A DNA stretch of 20,049 nt from assembly GCA_040222015.1 (NCBI GenBank), contig JAVJWO010000188.1:1-20049 (forward strand), in the 5' to 3' direction. Numbering within the stretch: the first letter of the stretch is position 1; each line of letters begins with the position of its first letter. The notes below the pieces were generated by a model. It was not told the DNA's origin. It ran no database searches and was given only the letters and a program-made list of their open reading frames with translations. A program made the translations under genes and the position numbers. Positions 7,726 through 15,022 of the stretch are shown one piece after another. The DNA is from Coleofasciculus chthonoplastes F2-STO-03. Its GTDB lineage: Bacteria > Cyanobacteriota > Cyanobacteriia > Cyanobacteriales > Coleofasciculaceae.

Positions 7726-9414
7726 ATGCGTGATTTTCAAACCATCCAGAGCCAAACCTACGATTTAATTGTCATTGGAGGTGGCATTAACGGTGCGGGT
7801 GTCGTTCGAGATGCGGCTCTGCGAGGTCTTAAAACGATTTTGCTGGAGAAGGCTGACTTCTGCGGCGGTACGACCAGTTGGTCAACGCGATTAGTTCATG
7901 GTGGCTTGCGCTATTTAGAATATTTTGAATTTGCCCTAGTGCGGGAATCGTTACGGGAACGAGAAATTCTCCTGCATACAGCCCCCCACTTAGTCAAGCC
8001 CCTAATGCTGACGATTCCGATCTACAGCGATCGCTCTCGTCCCTATTGGAAAATTCAAGCCGGGATGCTGCTCTATGATATCTTGAGCTTTGAGAAAACT
8101 GTACCGTCCCATCGGATGCTGCCCAAACAGAAGTTTAAGCAGCTATTTCGCCATATCGATCCCGATGGTTTAGTCGGTGGAGCGCAATATTATGACGGTC
8201 AGGTGGCGTATGCGGAGCGTTTGGCATTAGAGAATATTATCTGTGCGGAACTTGCGGGAGCAACGGTTCTCAATTATACCGAAGTTACCCAATTACAGCG
8301 CCAAGAGGGTCGCATCACCAGCATTACTTGCAAAGATGCCTTAACTGGCGAAGAATTCACCGTCCAAGGGAGCGATCGCGCCGTGGTTGTAAATACAGCA
8401 GGTCCCTGGGTGGATCAGGTTTGTCACTCTGGGGTGAAAAATGGACAATCAGCGCCCATCGGTGAGAAGAAAAAAATTGGTCCAACCAAGGGAAGTCACA
8501 TCATTGTCCCTCCCTTCCCCGGCGCACCGGAAACAACCTTGTATGTAGAAGCCAAAACGGATGGTCGTCCGTTTTTTATTGTGCCATGGTTGGGCATGTA
8601 TCTAATTGGCACGACTGATTTGCGACATCAAGGTTCTCTTGACTCAATTAAGGCGGACAACGAGGAAATTGATTATTTACTCACTGAAACCAATCGAATT
8701 CTGCCCACCGCCCAATTGTCCCGTCAAGATGTGAAATTTACTTATGCTGGGGTACGTCCTTTACCCAATGAAGAGGGGAAGAAACCTGGAAGCGTCACTC
8801 GCAGCCATATTCTCTATGACCATACCCCAGAAGGTGTGAGCAATCTGATTTCTCTCATTGGCGGCAAAATCACCACCTATCGCCAAGTGGGTGAGGAAAT
8901 GGTGAATAAAGTATATCGCAAGTTGGGACGATCAGCCCCCCCTTGTCCCACCTACAAGAAACTCTTACCGGGAGCCATTTTACCCAGTGATCCGCGTCTA
9001 GAAAAAGCGCTGCAAGACTATCGCACCACATTACCCTTGGCGACAATCCATCACCTGTTTGACATCTATGGTGCTAAGGCGTTGGATATTTTAGCCTTAA
9101 CCGACGAAGAACCGGAATTGGCACAAGCGATTACACCGAACTTGCCGGATATTAAAGCCCAGATTATCTATGCGGTACAGTCGGAATTTGCGCGGACGTT
9201 GGTAGATATTGCCCGTCGCCGGACTAGCCTAGCCATGCATACCAACTATGGCTTTGATATTCTGCCCGTTTTGACGGACATCCTGTCTCGATATGGCGGA
9301 TGGAGTTCGGCAGAGTGCGATCGCCAAGTTGAGGACTATCGCGCTTTCATGGAAGCCAATTGTATTCCCGATTACGCGATGGCGACTCAGAAAGAAACAC
9401 AAACCGTGAGTTAA
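7726..9414 (+). CDS. glpD: FAD-dependent glycerol-3-phosphate dehydrogenase
   Basis: DLIVIGGGINGAG (FAD binding), GTTSWSTRLVHGGLRYLE, PTKGSHI, YAGVRPL and GGKITTYR. Start taken at the ATG at 7726 (MRDFQ). Confidence 0.93.
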   Translation: MRDFQTIQSQTYDLIVIGGGINGAGVVRDAALRGLKTILLEKADFCGGTTSWSTRLVHGGLRYLEYFEFALVRESLREREILLHTAPHLVKPLMLTIPIYSDRSRPYWKIQAGMLLYDILSFEKTVPSHRMLPKQKFKQLFRHIDPDGLVGGAQYYDGQVAYAERLALENIICAELAGATVLNYTEVTQLQRQEGRITSITCKDALTGEEFTVQGSDRAVVVNTAGPWVDQVCHSGVKNGQSAPIGEKKKIGPTKGSHIIVPPFPGAPETTLYVEAKTDGRPFFIVPWLGMYLIGTTDLRHQGSLDSIKADNEEIDYLLTETNRILPTAQLSRQDVKFTYAGVRPLPNEEGKKPGSVTRSHILYDHTPEGVSNLISLIGGKITTYRQVGEEMVNKVYRKLGRSAPPCPTYKKLLPGAILPSDPRLEKALQDYRTTLPLATIHHLFDIYGAKALDILALTDEEPELAQAITPNLPDIKAQIIYAVQSEFARTLVDIARRRTSLAMHTNYGFDILPVLTDILSRYGGWSSAECDRQVEDYRAFMEANCIPDYAMATQKETQTVS

Positions 9415-9423
9415 TCACATCAG

Positions 9424-9460
9424 CAAAGGCAAAAGAACTCATCATCTTCTTTTGCCTTTG
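9424..9460. other. Perfect 14-bp inverted repeat between glpD and gpsA (partial terminator or mRNA-stabilising hairpin)
   Basis: CAAAGGCAAAAGAA-N9-TTCTTTTGCCTTTG. Confidence 0.6.
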
Positions 9461-9505
9461 ACCCTTAACTTGACCAAAATTTATTGAGTTCAACAGATAA
9501 GATCT

Positions 9506-10534
9506 ATGGTGAGCAACCTCTCAAATTCTCAATCCAGCTCATCTCAAGCTGATACAACCTCACAAACCAATCAGGCTCATGCACACTCCCTGCGGAGACC
9601 GGCGCCAGAAGCCACCCTCGCCATTCTCGGCGCTGGTGCTTGGGGTAAAGCGTTGGCAACAATTGCCAGACATAAGAATCATCAGGTTCGATTGTGGTCT
9701 CGCAGCAGCACCGAATCTCTAGAAGAGGTATTAGCGGACATTGATATGCTAGTCTCCGCAATTCCGATGAAAGGGGTGGCGACGACGGCGGCTAAGATTC
9801 AAGAGATTGGTTTGCCGGATTATGTGACAATTATTACCGCCACCAAGGGATTAGACCCAGAGACAACTCGTACCCCTTCTCAAATCTGGGAAGCCGACTT
9901 TCCCAACCATCCGATTGTGGTACTTTCGGGTCCCAATCTCTCCAAAGAAATTGAACAAGAACTCCCCGCCGCCACAGTGGTGTCGAGTACAGATATGGCA
10001 GCCGCTGAGGAAGTGCAAACGGTGTTTTCGTCCAGTCTCTTCCGAGTGTACACCAGTCCAGATCCCCTTGGCACAGAACTCGGAGGAACTCTGAAAAACG
10101 TGATTGCGATCGCGGTTGGGGTTTGTGATGGTCTAAAATTGGGTACCAACGCCAAATCTGCCCTAATTACCCGTGCATTAACTGAAATCCTTCGGGTGGG
10201 GACACACTTAGGCGGACAAACGGAAACCTTCTTCGGATTATCAGGTTTGGGCGATATGCTAGCGACTTGCAGTAGTGTACTCAGCCGTAATTATCGCGTC
10301 GGTTACGGTTTAGCCCAGGGGAAAAAATTGGAGCAAATTCTCGAAGAATTACAAAGTACCGCCGAAGGGGTAAACACAGCCAATGTATTGGTGAAAATTG
10401 CCAATCGCGAGCAGATCCCCATCCCCATCTGTCGGCAAGTTTATCGCCTACTCAACCATAAAATTACGCCCCAAGAGGCTGTAGAAGCATTGATGGAGCG
10501 GGATTTGAAGGCAGAATTTTGCGATTTGTTCTAA
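9506..10534 (+). CDS. gpsA: NAD(P)H-dependent glycerol-3-phosphate dehydrogenase
   Basis: ILGAGAWG, ATKGL, LSGPNLSKEI, GGTLKNVIAIA, GLSGLGDMLATC, SRNYRVG and AEGVNT. Ser/Gln-rich N-terminal extension. Confidence 0.93.
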   Translation: MVSNLSNSQSSSSQADTTSQTNQAHAHSLRRPAPEATLAILGAGAWGKALATIARHKNHQVRLWSRSSTESLEEVLADIDMLVSAIPMKGVATTAAKIQEIGLPDYVTIITATKGLDPETTRTPSQIWEADFPNHPIVVLSGPNLSKEIEQELPAATVVSSTDMAAAEEVQTVFSSSLFRVYTSPDPLGTELGGTLKNVIAIAVGVCDGLKLGTNAKSALITRALTEILRVGTHLGGQTETFFGLSGLGDMLATCSSVLSRNYRVGYGLAQGKKLEQILEELQSTAEGVNTANVLVKIANREQIPIPICRQVYRLLNHKITPQEAVEALMERDLKAEFCDLF

Positions 10535-10551
10535 ACCGTTACCTAAGACAT

Positions 10552-10591
10552 CAGCAAGTCTAGGCACAAAGACTCATATCTAGGCTTGCTG
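10552..10591 (+). other. Intergenic stem-loop after gpsA
   Basis: CAGCAAGTCTAG-N16-CTAGGCTTGCTG gives 12 bp with one U-G pair on the + strand. Confidence 0.5.
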
Positions 10592-10656
10592 CTTACGTCC
10601 TGCTTCATCTTGGTGATAACACAGATTTCACCGATTGAATCACATTCTGTAGGATT

Positions 10657-11637
10657 ATGCAGACTAGCCAAAAACTCTCCCTTCCTACCATGGGCTGCGG
10701 AACGTGGGCATGGGGAAACCGACTACTCTGGGGGTACGACGAAAGCATGGATGACGAGTTGCAAGCTGTCTTTAATCTGTGTGTAAGCAACGGCGTCACC
10801 TTATTTGATACCGGTGATTCTTATGGCACAGGCAGACTGAATGGACGCAGTGAGCAACTCCTGGGACGATTCTCTAGCGACTATTCTGGTATAAACCAAG
10901 AGAACATTTGCATTGCCACCAAGCTAGCCGCCTATCCCTGGCGATTAACACGCGGCTCAATGGTATCCGCCTGTCAATCCTCTGCGCGACGATTGGGACG
11001 AAATGTTGATTTGGCACAGATGCATTGGTCTACTGCTAATTATGCACCGTGGCAAGAAGAACGGCTTTTGGATGGTTTGGCTGATCTCTACGAAAAGGGA
11101 CTGGTTAAGGGTGTTGGACTGTCTAATTATGGACCCAAGCGACTCCAAGAAATTTATCCTAAGTTTAAAGAGCGAGGGGTTCCGATTGCTACGTTACAAG
11201 TCCAATATTCACTATTGTCTACTTATCCTGTTACCGAATTGGGTATCAAAGACGTTTGTGAGCAACTGGGAATTCAACTGATTGCTTATAGTCCTTTAGC
11301 TTTAGGACTGTTGACTGGAAAGTATTCTGGAAAAGGTTCATTTCCGAAAGGGTTACGCCGTCTGTTATTTAAGCAATTATTACCCGGAATTCAGTCGCTT
11401 TTAGGTTGTTTACGAGAAATCGCTTCTTCCAGAGAGAAAACCATGGCGCAAGTGGCGATTAATTGGTGTATTTGTAAAGGCACTCTGCCTATTCCTGGTG
11501 CAAAGACGATGAAACAGGCACAGGAGAATATTGGTGCGCTGGGATGGCAATTGAGTGCTGGTGAGGTCACTGAATTGGATCAAGTGGCGGCAAGTTTAGA
11601 TAAGGCGATGGTTCAAAACATTTTTCAAACGCGATAA
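10657..11637 (+). CDS. Aldo/keto reductase resembling plant plastid pyridoxal reductase (PLR1-like)
   Basis: MGCGTWAWGNRLLWGY, FDTGDSYGTGRLNGRSE (catalytic D/Y), IATK, QMHWS, GLSNYG, AYSPLALGLL and PIPGAK. Confidence 0.85.
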   Translation: MQTSQKLSLPTMGCGTWAWGNRLLWGYDESMDDELQAVFNLCVSNGVTLFDTGDSYGTGRLNGRSEQLLGRFSSDYSGINQENICIATKLAAYPWRLTRGSMVSACQSSARRLGRNVDLAQMHWSTANYAPWQEERLLDGLADLYEKGLVKGVGLSNYGPKRLQEIYPKFKERGVPIATLQVQYSLLSTYPVTELGIKDVCEQLGIQLIAYSPLALGLLTGKYSGKGSFPKGLRRLLFKQLLPGIQSLLGCLREIASSREKTMAQVAINWCICKGTLPIPGAKTMKQAQENIGALGWQLSAGEVTELDQVAASLDKAMVQNIFQTR

Positions 11638-11688
11638 CTTCCATAGGTGATTGGGGAAGAGGGAACTCTTAACATAAAATAGAATATC

Positions 11689-11757
11689 GGTGGGTTACGG
11701 CGGATAATTCATTTAAGGATTATCGCCTGAATTAAGTTCCCGCCTAACCCACCCTAC
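11689..11757 (-). repeat. GTAG-type REP-like long hairpin between convergent genes
   Basis: On the - strand, GTAG-GGTGGGTTAGGCGG...CCGCCGTAACCCACC; arms at 11689-11703 and 11740-11753. Confidence 0.7.
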
Positions 11758-11786
11758 GAGATTGAAAAAATCCCAGCACTCCTGAA

Positions 11787-11811
11787 TCTGGGCGCAAATC
11801 TTGCGCCCAGA
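11787..11811. repeat. Perfect 11-bp palindrome (REP-like or terminator for the - strand signalling locus)
   Basis: TCTGGGCGCAA-ATC-TTGCGCCCAGA, ending 16 bp from the stop of the STAS gene. Confidence 0.65.
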
Positions 11812-11827
11812 CAAGAAACTGTATACA

Positions 11828-12172
11828 CTATTCAACTTCCAGCGTTAAATTTGGCATGAGTCGCTGTAAGTTTTTTAACGATTTACCTTGCCAAGGAATA
11901 TTCTGAGAACCTTGTACAATCATTTTAATCGTCTTTTTCTGCCTAACTTTAATCGCAAATTTCGACAACATACTAATCCCCGAACTGTTGAGAAATTGCA
12001 GATCTCGTAAGTTAAGCGTCAGGATAGAGGGCTGACTCTCTATGGCTTGATCGAGTAAGTCTATAATTGGTGCATATTCTTCAGTGCCACTTAGCCGTAG
12101 GGAACCTTTCCAATAAACAGTTGAATTGTCTGTATCATAAAATACACTATATGTATCACTTTTAACTTCCAT
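11828..12172 (-). CDS. STAS-like anti-sigma-factor antagonist (slr1659-like regulator)
   Basis: LTLNLRDLQFLNSSGISMLSKF matches the SpoIIAA/RsbV phospho-serine motif (F-x-D/N-S-S-G); also GSLRL and IPWQGKSLKNLQRL. Start taken at MEVKSD (12172). Confidence 0.82.
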   Translation of the reverse strand: MEVKSDTYSVFYDTDNSTVYWKGSLRLSGTEEYAPIIDLLDQAIESQPSILTLNLRDLQFLNSSGISMLSKFAIKVRQKKTIKMIVQGSQNIPWQGKSLKNLQRLMPNLTLEVE

Positions 12173-12413
12173 TTTTCCCATCCTTGACAAAATTATGGCT
12201 TTCTCAAAAGCTGATTAAATAAACAAATTTAGCCCTAGACCTCTCTAGAAATTAAGATTTAACCACTGTTTGACAATGGTTTCAGATGAATTATCGGAGA
12301 TGTCTAATGTTATGGCTTAAAACCACGAACCGTAAGCTCTAAAATATACCTCGTTTTGGATTTTAAATTTTGAATTCATGTTTACCGTTTTCCTTGACGA
12401 CGGCACTGACGCT

Positions 12414-12995
12414 TCATACCGTCAATCGCACCATGGTGGTGACGGTGGTAATCGGTGGCGTCTTTGCCAGGGTTTCAAACTTCCAGCCGACGGTTGCCAT
12501 GTAGTCATTGATCATGGTTAAAAATCCTAAGCGAGAAGCCGTACTGGTTTCGTCTGCTGCATTTTGTTCTAACTGATGAATATACAACTCTTGGGGGTCT
12601 GATGTCGTCAATTTCTGGAGATATGCCTGAAAATTATCCAGAATTTGGGGAGGAACGGTGTTTTTAGTTAAGAAGACTAAGCTGTCGTTATACAGGTGTA
12701 AGGCGATACTAATGGCGTGGGGTGAGGTATCATCGTTAAACTTCATGGCGTTCTCTAACAGCTCATTGGCAATGTAACTTACAGCACTCTTAATCTCGAC
12801 TTGTTGAGCTGTAGCATTCGTATCCTCTTGGTTGGTCGGAAAAAATGTTACCACATAGTCAGCCATGAAATCTGCGGATAACCCATTATTCCGCCAGCGA
12901 TGCTTTAACGGAATTGAGCTGGGTGAAAATTGGATAACCAGGTATTCCTCACTGGGAGGTAGCTGTTCGTTGAAATCTCCAAAGATCTGAGTCAT
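12414..12995 (-). CDS. GHKL-type ATP-binding protein / putative anti-sigma-type Ser kinase (slr1658-like regulator)
   Basis: N-box IANELLENAMKF, G-box-like SRLGFLTMINDY and family motif RWRNNGLSADFMADY. Start taken at MTQIFG (12995). Confidence 0.78.
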   Translation of the reverse strand: MTQIFGDFNEQLPPSEEYLVIQFSPSSIPLKHRWRNNGLSADFMADYVVTFFPTNQEDTNATAQQVEIKSAVSYIANELLENAMKFNDDTSPHAISIALHLYNDSLVFLTKNTVPPQILDNFQAYLQKLTTSDPQELYIHQLEQNAADETSTASRLGFLTMINDYMATVGWKFETLAKTPPITTVTTMVRLTV

Positions 12996-13089
12996 ATCGC
13001 GTTTGTCAGTAGTCTGTTTGAGGAGTGCCAAAGAAAACAATCATAACTTGTAAACGTCAGGCGTAATCTTTTTCCCAGTTCCCTATTCC

Positions 13090-14955
13090 CTAACTATCCT
13101 GTTGAATTGGTGCGACGCCGGAGCGATCGCGCAGCAAGGATGGTTTGGGTTTAATCACTAACAGCGTTATATCATCATAAACCTTTTGTGTCCCAATATG
13201 ACGCCGCACATCCTCAATCACGGCTTGGCGAATTTCCCGGGCTGACTGTCGCCAGTTGTCACTGAGAATTTGACACAGACGCTCAATCCCATACTGTACG
13301 CCTTGGGGATTTTCGGCTTCGGGAATTCCATCGGTGTAGAGAACCACCACATCGCCAGGATTTAACTGGATTTCCGCATCGGCGACAAAATCGGCAATAT
13401 CGGCGACTAGACCAATGGGAAAGCCTAAATCAATGGTATCAACTCGCTCAATTTTACCACCCGAACGCACGACAATCATTTCTTCATGCTGTCCACTCAA
13501 GCGCAGTTTATCTTGGTGATAGTCCAGGAGGGAGAGGGTGAGATTTTTCTCAGATTTCATTCTCTGAATGTTATGATAAATCGTTCGATTCAGGACACTT
13601 AAAAATTGTTTTGAATCCGTTTTCACTCCTTCCAATAAAGTTCTAACTGCCGTTTGCACCATAATCATCAAAACTCCACTTTCTAACCCATGTCCCGTGA
13701 CATCACCAATACCAATAGTGACATGACCATTATTTTGTAGGACATCATAATAGTCGCCGCCAACTTCAGTGGCGGGTTCCATAAAGCCAGCGATGTCTAA
13801 TTCAGCAATCTGGTTCAGTTCCTCCTGTTTAGGTAACATCATCTGTTGCAGACGACGAGTTACCTCAACTTCAGCACTCAGGCGCAGATTTTCGGCTTTC
13901 AAACGACTATTAAGCAGGGTAATTTCCTGATTCGCTTGAGCCAATTGAGCCGTGCGTTTCTCCACTCTCGTTTCTAATTCTTCATTGGCATGTTGAAGTG
14001 CATCTTGACTCCGACGCAATGCGATAGTCGCTCGTTGAACCGCTTTTTGCAGTCGCACTGGCTCACTGACTAAGATATAAACTAACACCCCAGCTAATAG
14101 TGCTGATAATCCGCCCCCTATCCACAACCATTTGGAAATGGGTGCTGTTGATGCCCATCCATTATCAGGAATTGCCGCTAATTGCCATGATCCGTTCGGT
14201 AACGTTACCTCTAAACGGACAGGATTTTGTTGAAAAGTACTGGCGTCTCCGAACACTAATTCTCCCGTTTTACCCAATCCATCTTTACCCCGAATTACAT
14301 ACTGAAGTTTGGTAGAAAGATTGAGTAATCCGGCTTCCTGAAATAACGTATTGCGGTCAAAACCAATACCCACTAGACCCCAATAGCGACCACTTTGGGG
14401 AGGTTGGTCGGGGGGCGTGATAAATATCGGGGTACGACTAATAAATCCCCAATTTTTTTTAGGTTCTAACTGCAACGGACCGGCAAAAACGGTTTTACGA
14501 CTTTGAATAGCTCTCTCAATGGCGTCTCGTTCTGCAGGAATAGTCATGGGGTTAAAGCCAATCGCGTCTTCGTTTCCGGCTAATGGGTAGAGATGGCTAA
14601 CGATGTTATCTTTATACAGGGCTAAGAATTCAATCCCTTGTTGATCTTCAACGAGGACGCTAGAGAGACGCTCAAATTCGCTTTGGGTAATGTCTGGGTT
14701 AATCGTGGACACATACGCCAATAAACCTCGTGTGAGAAAAAGTCGCTGATTGAGGGCGGCTTCTAAGCGGGCTCTCGCTGCACTCAGTTGATTTAGAACA
14801 TCCGAACGTTGTTGTTCGGAAAACCGTTGGTATTCAGCGCGTTCAAAACCCCTAACTACGGTTAGCAGAATAACTACCGTTAAGAAGGCGGCAAAATAAG
14901 GAAAAACGCGATTATTTAGGGCAGAACGGATTGAAAACCATGGGTTGTTTGTCAT
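13090..14955 (-). CDS. Membrane sensor phosphatase: TM - CHASE - TM - coiled coil - PP2C/SpoIIE
   Basis: Two hydrophobic segments flank a CHASE-like region (HLYPLAGNEDAIGFN, VFAGPLQL, GFISRTPIF, YWGLV, VTLPNGSWQL). PP2C motifs GGDYYD, IGDVTGHG, LYTDGIPE and DDITL are all intact. Confidence 0.88.
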   Translation of the reverse strand: MTNNPWFSIRSALNNRVFPYFAAFLTVVILLTVVRGFERAEYQRFSEQQRSDVLNQLSAARARLEAALNQRLFLTRGLLAYVSTINPDITQSEFERLSSVLVEDQQGIEFLALYKDNIVSHLYPLAGNEDAIGFNPMTIPAERDAIERAIQSRKTVFAGPLQLEPKKNWGFISRTPIFITPPDQPPQSGRYWGLVGIGFDRNTLFQEAGLLNLSTKLQYVIRGKDGLGKTGELVFGDASTFQQNPVRLEVTLPNGSWQLAAIPDNGWASTAPISKWLWIGGGLSALLAGVLVYILVSEPVRLQKAVQRATIALRRSQDALQHANEELETRVEKRTAQLAQANQEITLLNSRLKAENLRLSAEVEVTRRLQQMMLPKQEELNQIAELDIAGFMEPATEVGGDYYDVLQNNGHVTIGIGDVTGHGLESGVLMIMVQTAVRTLLEGVKTDSKQFLSVLNRTIYHNIQRMKSEKNLTLSLLDYHQDKLRLSGQHEEMIVVRSGGKIERVDTIDLGFPIGLVADIADFVADAEIQLNPGDVVVLYTDGIPEAENPQGVQYGIERLCQILSDNWRQSAREIRQAVIEDVRRHIGTQKVYDDITLLVIKPKPSLLRDRSGVAPIQQDS

Positions 14956-14960
14956 TGGTT

Positions 14961-15022
14961 AGGGAACAGGGAACAGGGAACAGGGAACAGGCAATAGGGA
15001 ACAGGCAATAGGCAATAGGCAA
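14961..15022. repeat. Mixed heptamer STRR (AGGGAAC / AGGCAAT) filling the intergenic gap
   Basis: (AGGGAAC)4 AGGCAAT AGGGAAC (AGGCAAT)3; the last unit reaches the stop codon of the Amt fusion gene. Confidence 0.9.
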
